Origin: a virus
Taxonomy: Duplodnaviria; Heunggongvirae; Uroviricota; Caudoviricetes
Virus record (IMG/VR): IMGVR_UViG_2639762884_000004
DNA: 36,774 nt
Strand: one strand, 5' to 3'
Below the pieces are notes generated by a model. The model was not told the DNA's origin. It did no database searches and saw only the letters and a program-made list of their open reading frames with translations. Shown piece by piece: positions 9,422-18,337 of this stretch. The position numbers and the translations under genes are program-made. Every line of letters starts with the position of its first letter. Within the stretch, counting starts at the first letter, position 1.

Positions 9422-9515
9422 TTACGCGGGTTAACAATTCGTGCTCTTAATAATACCAGGCATATCAGGCCGATGAACGTAAAAAAACGTTTTACATCAG
9501 TAAGATTATTATATA

Positions 9516-9531
9516 CTGTAAATATAAACAG
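9516..9531 (+). promoter_or_regulatory. LexA (SOS) box CTGT-N8-ACAG overlapping the -10 of a promoter for the downstream small operon
   Basis: TACTGTAAATATAAACAGTG; TTTACA -35 candidate at 9491-9496 with 17-bp spacing to TACTGT. Confidence 0.7.
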
Positions 9532-9573
9532 TGGTTATGTGTACAGTATTGTTTTGGTGTCATAGGAGGAAAG

Positions 9574-9762
9574 ATGCAGGACTATTTTTTGGAGTCTTTG
9601 AAGCTCCAGCGCATTGATTTTTTTCTTAAGCTTGTAGCGGCTAGTGAGTGTAGTGATGAAGAGAAGGGGCTGGCTCTGCAGTGGGTTTCTGAATTGACTG
9701 ATGAACTCATGGCAAAAATCAGAAGCCACGAATACAACCGCTCAATGGATGTCATCAGCTGA
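9574..9762 (+). CDS. SOS-regulated small protein, possible antirepressor (186 tum-like position)
   Basis: 62-aa ORF with strong AGGAGG ribosome-binding site directly downstream of the LexA box. The protein is much shorter than the size I recall for 186 Tum, so the functional assignment rests on position only. Confidence 0.4.
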   Translation: MQDYFLESLKLQRIDFFLKLVAASECSDEEKGLALQWVSELTDELMAKIRSHEYNRSMDVIS

Positions 9763-9772
9763 GGTGACTTTT

Positions 9773-10006
9773 ATGCGCATTGAAATAATGATCGATAAAG
9801 AGCAGAAGATTAGCCAGTCTACCCTGGACGCCCTTGAATCCGAGCTTTACCGCAATCTGCGCCCCCTGTATCCCAAAACGGTAATTCGCATTCGCAAAGG
9901 TAGCTCTAACGGTGTGGAACTAACCGGACTGCAACTGGATGAAGAAAGAAAACAAGTGATGAAAATTATGCAGAAGGTGTGGGAGGACGACAGCTGGCTG
10001 CATTAA
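9773..10006 (+). CDS. dinI: DinI-family protein
   Basis: 77 aa from ATG 9773 (GAGGTG upstream); MRIEIMIDKEQ...ALESELYRNL...VWEDDSWL resembles DinI; second gene of the LexA-boxed operon. Confidence 0.75.
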   Translation: MRIEIMIDKEQKISQSTLDALESELYRNLRPLYPKTVIRIRKGSSNGVELTGLQLDEERKQVMKIMQKVWEDDSWLH

Positions 10007-10014
10007 GAAATGTT

Positions 10015-10044
10015 GCCCCCAGGAGGATTCATTCTGATGGGGGC
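10015..10044 (+). terminator. Possible terminator hairpin after the dinI operon
   Basis: GCCCCCA / TGGGGGC 7-bp stem with a long 16-nt loop, followed by TAGTTTG; weak. Confidence 0.3.
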
Positions 10045-10198
10045 TAGTTTGGGCAATGAGTGAAATAAGGCGTAAGGTGGGCGGTTATTTTGATAAGTGA
10101 TCGTCCGCTTTGTGTCAGAAGCAGAAGTGGGAGTGTCTGAGACTCTCTAAAAGTTGATGATTCACTTACAAAACCATTTTCCTGATGGATGCTTACAC

Positions 10199-10534
10199 TT
10201 ACGAATGATCATTCTGTTTAGTCTTCATGAGAAAATCCCGAATCTTTGCCAAGTTTGAATTTTCGGGGATTGAATCCATGTACGGATCACGCTCAAACAC
10301 TAATTGCTCAGATTCAACGAAAGCCTGCCACTCTACTGGGTCTAGCTCAAATCCCATTGCTGTCATATCACTTTCATCTTCCCCCTCGATCCAGTGGACT
10401 AAATAAAACAATTCATCATCAGGAGAATCATCCTCACCATCAACAATATCAACATCGGTTACAGTGATACGTAGGGTGGGATCGATTTTTGAGACATAAA
10501 TTCCTAACTGTGGTATAGGGGGAATATTGTTCAT
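10199..10534 (-). CDS. Strongly acidic small protein of unknown function (AT-rich cargo gene)
   Basis: 111 aa, rich in D/E with few basic residues; AAGGAG 7 nt upstream of the ATG; opposite strand to its neighbours. Confidence 0.55.
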   Translation of the reverse strand: MNNIPPIPQLGIYVSKIDPTLRITVTDVDIVDGEDDSPDDELFYLVHWIEGEDESDMTAMGFELDPVEWQAFVESEQLVFERDPYMDSIPENSNLAKIRDFLMKTKQNDHS

Positions 10535-10913
10535 GGAAACTCCTTTTATTGGTGTTTGCTATTTGAATAAAAATACGCCAAACAGAGTGTTAACTGTGAA
10601 TATGGAAAGAATCGTTGTAAGTACCCCGCTTAGGTGTCCCATTCTATTTTAGAGGTTCTCGTGCATATGGATTATGTTATCTGAAAGTTAACTTCCGCTT
10701 CCCGTTCACAGCGAACATTCATCTTTGTAAACCCGTATGATCCGTTTTTCAAGTGGCCATTCAGATACGGATTTTTACTTCTTTGACAGTGCATGACTAT
10801 GCTGCATGAAATCGCATGATCGATTGAGGATCGTCTTTGCTCAGATCCGCCAGAACTGGCGGGCTTTTGCTCATGTCATGCATGTGCATGAAAACCACTG
10901 CATAAAGCGGGCA

Positions 10914-10932
10914 GGCGTGGCGGGGATACGAT
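10914..10932. other. Candidate cos (cohesive-end) motif inside a ~470-bp noncoding region
   Basis: GGCGTGGCGGGGATACGAT; the first 13 nt match my recollection of the 186/P2 19-nt cohesive end GGCG(T/A)GGCGGGGAAAGCA(T/C). Recollection only, not verified. Confidence 0.4.
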
Positions 10933-11001
10933 TGCGCGCAGAAGATTATTATTGGTACACTGTCGGTGACTCTCTACGCAGATCTTACACATTAATTTCT
11001 A

Positions 11002-11814
11002 ATGGGGCATGCTATGATCTTTCTAAGTCATAATCACCGTGACAAAAGGTTTGTAAGTGTTATAGCGGAAAAACTAGCAGATGTTTATGGGCGTGATAAC
11101 GTATTCTACGATTCTTGGTCTATCCAACCCGGAGAGGGTATTATTGACAAGATGAATTTAGGAATGGAGAATGTATCGTTCTTTTTCTTTTTTGTCACAG
11201 AAAATAGTTTGGCAAGTAACATGGTAAAAATGGAATGGCAAAATGCTTTAATTAAGGCATCGTCCGGGAAGTGTAAATTTATACCAATACGTTGCCAGAA
11301 TATATCCTTGCCTGCTCTGCTTACTCAAACGCTATATATTGATCTTTATTCGTATGGGATCGATGTGGCAATAAGACAAATTATAGATGTCATTAATCAA
11401 CAAAATACGTATATTCCTAATCCTGAGAAGTATTCAAACCTCTCCTATGATATTAAGGATGGTGATGGGGGTAAGATAGTGAAATTATCAGCAATGGATT
11501 TTTTAGAACCAATTGCTGATTTTATGATGATTATGGATAATACAATTAAGCATGATGATGTTGTTGTTATGGTCAATGGAGAAAGCACATTCACTCAGGG
11601 GTTTATTGAAAATGCATCTTTAGAAAATGGTATGAAAGTAAGTGGTGCCACTGTTGGCCTAAATCGGGGGTTAACACCAACGATGCCAATGTATGTTTCT
11701 CTTAGGTTAAAGGATGGTTCACCTTTGAATATATTTGCGGTGCTACATCGAGTAAGTACCGAGCGTTATGCTCCTATACCACATAAAGCCGATGATGCCT
11801 TTAGAGTAAAATAA
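11002..11814 (+). CDS. TIR-domain protein with an uncharacterised C-terminal domain (AT-rich cargo gene)
   Basis: 270 aa (alternative ATG at 11014). N-terminal IFLSHNHRDK followed by NVFYDSWSIQPGEGI and FFFFFVTENSLASNMVKMEW fits a bacterial TIR fold; C-terminal ~140 aa unrecognised. Confidence 0.6.
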   Translation: MGHAMIFLSHNHRDKRFVSVIAEKLADVYGRDNVFYDSWSIQPGEGIIDKMNLGMENVSFFFFFVTENSLASNMVKMEWQNALIKASSGKCKFIPIRCQNISLPALLTQTLYIDLYSYGIDVAIRQIIDVINQQNTYIPNPEKYSNLSYDIKDGDGGKIVKLSAMDFLEPIADFMMIMDNTIKHDDVVVMVNGESTFTQGFIENASLENGMKVSGATVGLNRGLTPTMPMYVSLRLKDGSPLNIFAVLHRVSTERYAPIPHKADDAFRVK

Positions 11815-11823
11815 AAAGCAATA

Positions 11824-11849
11824 TGGTGGCTATATAATTAAGGCCACCA
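11824..11849. terminator. Bidirectional terminator hairpin between the convergent TIR gene and portal gene
   Basis: TGGTGGC-N12-GCCACCA; U-rich tract on the minus strand (TATTGCTTTTTATT) and A/T-rich on the plus side. Confidence 0.45.
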
Positions 11850-11858
11850 ATTTATATC

Positions 11859-12887
11859 TCATAAACAATAGGATGAAAATGCAATAACTTTCTCACCCAG
11901 CCAATGGTTTAACTCCTCCATGCGTTTCTGTAATGGCAAAAGTTCATTGCGCACAAACACATTTGCGGCCTTCTCCACATCCCCAAACCCTCCAACATTA
12001 TTAGGCATAATCCCCATCATTTGCGGCGGCACGCGGTGCGCAGCCATCATGTCATCGCGGCTCACGTTCTTGATATTCAAAAACTCATCCTTCGCCGCCA
12101 CCTCTGACAACGGGATAATCTGAAGCCCGTCCTTTTTGCCGTTAGGCGAGTACATAAACAGGTTGCGGAAGTTACCCGGACCTTTGGCACTTTTCATTGC
12201 ATTGCGGAGGTTGTTCACGTCCTCCTGGTTCTGCGCAGCATCGGTCATGTACATGATGAAGCCTGCATGACTACCGTTAATGTAATACTTGCGGCGGAAC
12301 AGCGTGGCGGACTCATTGAGCAGGGCGGACGGAATGGCAGAAAGATAGCCGGGCAGGCCGTAGATCTCCTGGTTAATGTCCGGTTCCATCAGATGAAAAA
12401 TGCTGCCTTTCGTGAACTGATACGGCTGGGTTGTCATACCGTATTGCACAAACCAGTAGGTATCCAGGTCTAACCCGCGTCGGGTGTATTTTGCCAGAGC
12501 AGGCTCAAGGGCGATAACTTCACCGAAGCGGTTCGTGCGTTTCTCCAGGTAGGCGTTACCAAATACCAGATAGTCCTGCACAAAACGTGAAAAAGCCTGC
12601 TGGCTGAGCAGCGGGTGAGGGATGTAGGTACTGGTCAGAATGTTGCATTTCACCGCAATTGGTGAACTGTGATGCACGGCGGCGCGGAAGGTGCGCGCCA
12701 GTCCGTCAAAGCTTACTGGCGGCTCATACCAGCGATCTGTCTGTACGCATTCCACATAGTCCAGCAGTTCTCGGCGGTCCAGAACAGGAACGGGATCGCC
12801 GAAGCTGAATGCTTCGGCTGTAGTTTGACTTTTAAGCTGGATCTGTTTCGTCGCCGCAGCGCGGTTCTTCTTACTCTTTCCCATCAA
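11859..12887 (-). CDS. Q: Portal protein (P2 gpQ-like)
   Basis: 342 aa; size and position beside the terminase ATPase match P2 Q (about 344 aa). Confidence 0.85.
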   Translation of the reverse strand: MMGKSKKNRAAATKQIQLKSQTTAEAFSFGDPVPVLDRRELLDYVECVQTDRWYEPPVSFDGLARTFRAAVHHSSPIAVKCNILTSTYIPHPLLSQQAFSRFVQDYLVFGNAYLEKRTNRFGEVIALEPALAKYTRRGLDLDTYWFVQYGMTTQPYQFTKGSIFHLMEPDINQEIYGLPGYLSAIPSALLNESATLFRRKYYINGSHAGFIMYMTDAAQNQEDVNNLRNAMKSAKGPGNFRNLFMYSPNGKKDGLQIIPLSEVAAKDEFLNIKNVSRDDMMAAHRVPPQMMGIMPNNVGGFGDVEKAANVFVRNELLPLQKRMEELNHWLGEKVIAFSSYCL

Positions 12888-14650
12888 AAAATCTCCACAA
12901 TATTGCTGGTATTGGCGGACTCGCCTTGCAGCGGTTCGTTAAACAGTGCGTGCATTGTTGCCCAGGCCAGATCGGCATGGCTGGCTTCTTCGCTGCGGCT
13001 GGCTTCATAGGTCGGGCGGTTGCCGCTGGCGGTGGTGGCGCGACGGATTGCCATGAATGACTGCGCAATGTCGGTGTGTCCGGCGTCAAACTCCAGACGG
13101 CGGTGGCTGATAATGTCGTAGGCCTTGAGCACCAGGGCGTTTTTAACGTTGGGGTTGTAGACAAACTCCCGGACGGCAGGAAAGAATGCTTTCACGTTCT
13201 CGTAAACCCCGTGACCAACGCCGGTTGAGTCGATACCGATATAAGTCACGTTGTACTGTTCGGTCAGTTTTTTGATGGCGTCAGCCTGAGCGCGGAAGTC
13301 CATCCCGCGCCACTGGTGACGCTCAAGAATGCGGAATTTACCGCCCGGTACGGCTGGCGGTGCCACCACCACGCATCCGGCACTGTCGCCGTTCTGAGTA
13401 CCTTTTGCGGGGTCATAACCGATCCATACTTCGCGCCAGCCAAACGGGCGCAGGGCCAGTGCATGAAAGTCGGTCCAGACTTCCCAGCTGTCCACCATGC
13501 ACGCCTGCAGCTCGCTGAGCGGGAACACGGACGCGAGATCATCCACGAACTCACACATCAGCAGGTTCTGGTATTCGTCCGGGCTGTACTCCATGCGCAA
13601 CTGGTCGAGATCGAACAGGTTACAGCCGCCGCGCACCGCATCTTCCACGGTGACTATCTGGCGGTATTGCCCGTCTGCGCACAGCAGGCCGGGGGCCAGA
13701 TTGTTGTGGGACAGGTCGATGTCCACCTTATCGGCTTTGTTGCGCCCACGATTGAACAGCGCACCGGACCAGAACGGATAAGCACTATGAGTCAGGCTGG
13801 ATGGCGTGGAAAAATAGGTTTGTCGCCATTTCTTGTGAATAGCCATCCCGGAAGCCACTTTGCGCAGCTCCTGGAATTTCGGTATCCAGAAATATTCATC
13901 CAGATACAGGTTGCCGTGGTAACTCTGGGCCGTGCGGGCATTGGTGCCGAGGAAGTAAAGCGTGGCTCCGTTAGGAAGCACCATCGGATCGCCTTTCAGC
14001 TCCACCTCGACTTCTTTGGCGAAGTCTATGATGTACTGCTTAAAGACGTGAGCCTGTGCCTTACTGGCAGAAAGGAAAATCTGGTTACGTCCGGTAAGCA
14101 GGGCGTCGATCAGGGCTTCACGGGCAAAGTAAAAGGTCGCGCCGATCTGGCGTGACTTCAGCAGGTTGCGGATGCGGTTGGTTTTTCCGGCTGCCCACCA
14201 GTGGCGCTGGTAGTTGAACATGGAGGAATGGAAGATTTCTTCCAGCTTCTCAATCTGTTCATCGGTGAAGACATTCTTTTCCGGCTGACGGCGCGGGCCC
14301 TTGTTGCGGTTGGCGACGTTAGGATTTAAGTCGGCTTCGTTGCCGCCATTGTTAAACTTGCCGATCCGCGCGTGGCGCTCCGACTGGCGCGCCAGCAGGT
14401 CAATCTCTTTGAAATCTTTCCCTTCTTTGTGCTCCTTCATGATGAGCTGGCAGTAGCGTGCGGCGGTGGTGAGCTGCATCTGATCCAGCGGCCCATAGTC
14501 ACCCCACTTGTCGCGTTTTTTCCAGCTGTGAACGGTTGCAACTTTCTCGCCCAGCATTTCAGCAATGCGGGCTACGCGGTATCCCTGAAAGTACAGCAGC
14601 ATGGCCTGCCGACGGGGATCGAGATCTGCGGGTGTCAGTGTGGTGTTCAT
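12884..14650 (-). CDS. P: Terminase large (ATPase) subunit (P2 gpP-like)
   Basis: 588 aa; overlaps Q by 4 nt; divergent from the capsid operon. Confidence 0.85.
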   Translation of the reverse strand: MNTTLTPADLDPRRQAMLLYFQGYRVARIAEMLGEKVATVHSWKKRDKWGDYGPLDQMQLTTAARYCQLIMKEHKEGKDFKEIDLLARQSERHARIGKFNNGGNEADLNPNVANRNKGPRRQPEKNVFTDEQIEKLEEIFHSSMFNYQRHWWAAGKTNRIRNLLKSRQIGATFYFAREALIDALLTGRNQIFLSASKAQAHVFKQYIIDFAKEVEVELKGDPMVLPNGATLYFLGTNARTAQSYHGNLYLDEYFWIPKFQELRKVASGMAIHKKWRQTYFSTPSSLTHSAYPFWSGALFNRGRNKADKVDIDLSHNNLAPGLLCADGQYRQIVTVEDAVRGGCNLFDLDQLRMEYSPDEYQNLLMCEFVDDLASVFPLSELQACMVDSWEVWTDFHALALRPFGWREVWIGYDPAKGTQNGDSAGCVVVAPPAVPGGKFRILERHQWRGMDFRAQADAIKKLTEQYNVTYIGIDSTGVGHGVYENVKAFFPAVREFVYNPNVKNALVLKAYDIISHRRLEFDAGHTDIAQSFMAIRRATTASGNRPTYEASRSEEASHADLAWATMHALFNEPLQGESANTSNIVEIF

Positions 14651-14696
14651 GGCACAAACCTACAGCCTTGAATGAAGGCTTTCCCCGCCTGTGGTT

Positions 14697-14714
14697 TGTG
14701 TGGTTGTCGGTACA
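14697..14714. promoter_or_regulatory. Ogr-type late-promoter dyad TGT-N12-ACA between divergent P and O
   Basis: TGTGTGGTTGTCGGTACA in the 142-bp P/O intergenic region; centre about 88 nt upstream of the O start. Confidence 0.55.
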
Positions 14715-14792
14715 AATACCGTGCATTGTTTCACTGCCCCCATCACCGCAACCATAAGGCTCCAGTAAGTTTTTTCTAACGGAGCACGGCTC

Positions 14793-15626
14793 ATGACAGT
14801 GAAAGCAAAGCGTTTTCGCATCGGGGTGGAAGGTGCCACCACCGACGGACGCGAAATCCAGCGTGAATGGCTGGAACAGATGGCAGCCAGCTACAACCCG
14901 GCGGTTTACACCGCGCTGATTAACCTTGAGCACATCAAGTCTTATCAGCCGGACAGCACCTTTAACCGCTACGGCAAGGTGACGGCGCTGTTTGCTGAGG
15001 AAATCACGGAAGGTCCGCTGGCAGGCAAGATGGCGCTGTATGCCGATGTTGAGCCAACGGAGTCTCTGGTGGAGCTGGTGAAAAAAGGCCAGAAATTATT
15101 CACTTCTATGGAAGTCAGCCCGAAGTTTGCTGATACGGGCAAAGCCTACCTGGTCGGCCTGGCTGCCACTGATGATCCCGCCAGTCTGGGGACGGAAATG
15201 CTGACTTTCAGCGCCAGTGCAGCCCATAACCCGCTGGCAAACCGCAAGCAAAATCCTGCCAATCTCTTTACCGCTGCAGAGGAAACGGTGATCGAACTGG
15301 AAGAAATCCAGGAGGACAAACCGTCCCTGTTTGCCCGTGTCACGGCGCTGTTTACCAAAAAAGAGCAGTCCGATGACGCCCGGTTCTCTGATGTGCATAA
15401 GGCCGTGGAGCTGGTCGCCACTGAGCAGCAGAACCTGAGCGCACGCACCGAAAAATCCCTTTCTGAGCAGGAAGAACGTCTGTCTGAGCTGGAGACAGTT
15501 CTGCAGGCACAACAGGCCGCCTTTAACGAACTGGTGGACAAGCTGAGCTATGAAGACAGCCGCCAGGACTACCGCCAGCGTGCAACGGGCGGTAACGCCC
15601 CCGCTGACACTCTGACCAATTGCTGA
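14793..15626 (+). CDS. O: Capsid scaffolding protein (P2 gpO-like)
   Basis: 277 aa; N-terminal FRIGVEGATTDGREI...INLEHI resembles P2 gpO. Confidence 0.85.
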   Translation: MTVKAKRFRIGVEGATTDGREIQREWLEQMAASYNPAVYTALINLEHIKSYQPDSTFNRYGKVTALFAEEITEGPLAGKMALYADVEPTESLVELVKKGQKLFTSMEVSPKFADTGKAYLVGLAATDDPASLGTEMLTFSASAAHNPLANRKQNPANLFTAAEETVIELEEIQEDKPSLFARVTALFTKKEQSDDARFSDVHKAVELVATEQQNLSARTEKSLSEQEERLSELETVLQAQQAAFNELVDKLSYEDSRQDYRQRATGGNAPADTLTNC

Positions 15627-15642
15627 TGGAGCACAAAACCTG

Positions 15643-16701
15643 ATGAAGAAGAATACCCGCTTTGCTTTTAACGCTTACCTGCAGCAGTTGGCGCGTCTGA
15701 ACGGTGTGGCAGTTGAAGAACTGTCCAGCAAGTTCACCGTGGAGCCGTCTGTACAGCAGACGCTGGAAGAACAGATCCAGCAGTCCGCCGCTTTCCTGAC
15801 GCTGATTAACGTCACGCCAGTGACTGAGCAGTCCGGTCAGCTGCTGGGGCTGGGTGTTGGCAGCACCATTGCCGGAACCACTGACACCACCGCGAAAGAG
15901 CGTGAACCTGTCGATCCGACGCTGATGGTCGATGTGGAATACAAATGCGAACAGACCAACTTTGACACGGTGCTGACCTACGCGAAGCTGGACCTGTGGG
16001 CGAAGTTTCAGGATTTCCAGGTGCGTATCCGTGACGCTATCGTGAAACGTCAGGCACTGGACCGCATCATGATCGGCTTTAACGGCGTGAAGCGTGCGAA
16101 AACCTCCAACCGTAGCGAAAACCCGCTGCTGCAGGATGTGAATAAAGGCTGGCTGCAGAAAATCCGTGAGGATGCACCGGATCACGTCATGGGCAGCACC
16201 ACCACGGGTGGTGAAACCACACCGGGTGCGGTGAAAGTCGGGAAAGGTGGCGAATATGCCAACCTGGACGCCGTAGTGATGGATGCCGTCAATGAGCTTA
16301 TCGACGTGGTTTACCAGGACGATGACGATCTGGTGGTTATTTGCGGGCGTGAACTGCTGTCTGACAAGTATTTCCCGCTGGTCAACAAAGAGCAGGAAAA
16401 CAGTGAAAAACTGGCTGCCGATATGATCATCAGTCAGAAACGCATGGGTGGCCTGCAGGCCGTGCGTGCGCCGTTCTTCCCGCCGAATGCGCTGCTGATC
16501 ACCCGTCTGGATAACCTGTCCATCTACTGGCAGGAAGACACCCGCCGCCGTTCAGTTATCGACAACCCGAAACGTGACCGGATTGAAAACTTTGAATCCG
16601 TTAACGAAGCCTATGTGGTTGAGGACTACCGCTGCGCCGCACTGGTGGAAAACATCCAGATTGGTGATTTCAGCGCCGCCGCAGCCGAAACCGGAGCGTA
16701 A
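15643..16701 (+). CDS. N: Major capsid protein (P2 gpN-like)
   Basis: 352 aa; position and size match P2 N. Confidence 0.85.
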   Translation: MKKNTRFAFNAYLQQLARLNGVAVEELSSKFTVEPSVQQTLEEQIQQSAAFLTLINVTPVTEQSGQLLGLGVGSTIAGTTDTTAKEREPVDPTLMVDVEYKCEQTNFDTVLTYAKLDLWAKFQDFQVRIRDAIVKRQALDRIMIGFNGVKRAKTSNRSENPLLQDVNKGWLQKIREDAPDHVMGSTTTGGETTPGAVKVGKGGEYANLDAVVMDAVNELIDVVYQDDDDLVVICGRELLSDKYFPLVNKEQENSEKLAADMIISQKRMGGLQAVRAPFFPPNALLITRLDNLSIYWQEDTRRRSVIDNPKRDRIENFESVNEAYVVEDYRCAALVENIQIGDFSAAAAETGA

Positions 16702-16704
16702 TCC

Positions 16705-17355
16705 ATGAGCCTGAGTCCCGCACGGCAGCATCGCCTGCGCGTTCAGGCTGAACAGGCCGCCCGCGAGGGCGGCAGTGTTCGCCACGCATCGGGCTATGAC
16801 CTGATGCTGCTGCAACTGGCGGAAGACCGCCGCCGTCTCAAGGGCGTTCAGTCCACGGTCAAAAAAGCGGAAATCAAGGTGGAGCTGCTGCCGAAGTACG
16901 CCGCCTGGGCAGAGGGTGTCCTGGCTGCCGGAGGCGCTCAACAGGATGACGTGCTGATGTACGTGATGCTGTGGCGCATTGATGCCGGAGATTATGCCGG
17001 AGCGCTGGAGATCGGGCGTCATGCCCTGCGTCATGGCTGGGTGATGCCGCTGGGTAACCGCAACGTGCAGACCGTGCTGGCAGAGGAAATGGCAGACGCC
17101 GCGCAGAGCGCAATGCTTGCCACCACCGGCTTTGAAGCCGATCTGTTGCTGCAGACGCTGGAGCTGACAGACGGTCTGGATATGCCGGACCAGTCACGGG
17201 CGCGTCTGCATAAAGCGATTGGCGCGGTCCTGAGTGAAAGCAATCCGGCGTCTGCCCTTAATCATCTCAACCATGCGTTACAGCTCGATCCCCGCTGTGG
17301 CGTGAAAAAAGACAAACAGCAGCTGGAGCGCAGACTGCGCAATGACAGCCGCTGA
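16705..17355 (+). CDS. M: Terminase small/endonuclease subunit (P2 gpM-like)
   Basis: 216 aa; follows N as in P2. Confidence 0.75.
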   Translation: MSLSPARQHRLRVQAEQAAREGGSVRHASGYDLMLLQLAEDRRRLKGVQSTVKKAEIKVELLPKYAAWAEGVLAAGGAQQDDVLMYVMLWRIDAGDYAGALEIGRHALRHGWVMPLGNRNVQTVLAEEMADAAQSAMLATTGFEADLLLQTLELTDGLDMPDQSRARLHKAIGAVLSESNPASALNHLNHALQLDPRCGVKKDKQQLERRLRNDSR

Positions 17356-17450
17356 CAGAACGTGCCCCCGCGCACGGGCGGCACGGGGTGGCGAAAGGCA
17401 CTGCCACATCAAAACCCCGTCCACCGCCCTCTATTTCAGGAGAAAGCAGC

Positions 17451-17915
17451 ATGAAGTTTGTTGCGCCAGAACAGGCACCGGAACAGGCGGAAATCATCAG
17501 AAATACGCCGTTCTGGCCTGATGTGGACCTGTCGGAGTTTCGCAGTGTCATGCGCACTGACGGCACGGTGACGCAGCCGCGTTTAAAGCAGGTTGCGCTG
17601 TCGGCAATTTCGGAGGTCAACGCAGAGCTGTATGAGTTTCGCAGACGCCAGCAGATGCTGGGGTATGCCTCGCTGGCAGAGGTTCCGGCGGAACAGCTGG
17701 ACGGCAAAAGTGAGCGCATTCAGCACTATTTCAACGCGGTTTACTGCTGGGCACGCGCCATGCTCAACGAACGTTACCAGGACTATGACGCCACGGCATC
17801 CGGTGTGAAGCGGGGCGAGGAACTGGCGGAAGCCAGCGGTGATTTATGGCGTGACGCCCGCTGGGCCATCAGCCGGGTACAGGACGCGCCGCACTGCACA
17901 GTGGAGCTTATCTGA
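17451..17915 (+). CDS. L: Head completion/stabilisation protein (P2 gpL-like)
   Basis: 154 aa from ATG 17451 (AGGAGA upstream); the track ORF extends further upstream. Confidence 0.75.
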   Translation: MKFVAPEQAPEQAEIIRNTPFWPDVDLSEFRSVMRTDGTVTQPRLKQVALSAISEVNAELYEFRRRQQMLGYASLAEVPAEQLDGKSERIQHYFNAVYCWARAMLNERYQDYDATASGVKRGEELAEASGDLWRDARWAISRVQDAPHCTVELI

Positions 17916-18118
17916 TGAAAGTGCGTGCGCATCAGTATGACACGGTGGACGCGCTTTGCTGGCGTCATTACGGGCGCACGCAGGGTGTCACGGAGCAGGT
18001 ACTGAAGGCAAATCCGGGGCTTGCCGAATATGGCCCCTTTTTACCTCACGGGCTGCAGGTGGAGCTGCCGGACATTCCGACAACCACCACCGTGCAGACC
18101 GTCCAGCTATGGGACTGA
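17915..18118 (+). CDS. X: Tail protein X (P2 gpX-like)
   Basis: 67 aa, same size and position as P2 X. Confidence 0.7.
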   Translation: MKVRAHQYDTVDALCWRHYGRTQGVTEQVLKANPGLAEYGPFLPHGLQVELPDIPTTTTVQTVQLWD

Positions 18119-18121
18119 ATT

Positions 18122-18337
18122 ATGACGCTTGAGCGAATCAGCGCCTTTATCACGTATTGCATCGCCGTCGTGCTGGCCTGGCTGGGCGATTTGTCCATCA
18201 AGGATGCCTCAACGCTGGGCGGCCTGATGATCGGTGTGCTGATGCTGGCTATCAACTGGTACTACAAACACAAAGCCTACCAGCTTCTGCGCGACGGGCA
18301 GATCACGCGGGAGGACTATGAATCCATCAATCGTTAA
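18122..18337 (+). CDS. Holin, probably a pinholin (two transmembrane domains)
   Basis: 71 aa with two hydrophobic segments and a charged C-terminus; immediately upstream of a SAR-type endolysin. Confidence 0.65.
   Translation: MTLERISAFITYCIAVVLAWLGDLSIKDASTLGGLMIGVLMLAINWYYKHKAYQLLRDGQITREDYESINR

Noticed and set aside
9701-10006. Track start at 9701 for the DinI-like gene
   Set aside because: That start overlaps the upstream ORF by 62 nt; ATG 9773 has a GAGGTG ribosome-binding site and gives the usual DinI length.
13316-16185. Long antisense ORFs within terminase P and capsid N (13316-14155 plus strand, 15523-16185 minus strand)
   Set aside because: They overlap well-supported packaging and capsid genes on the opposite strand, and the translations are arginine/glycine-rich in the way GC-rich antisense frames usually are.
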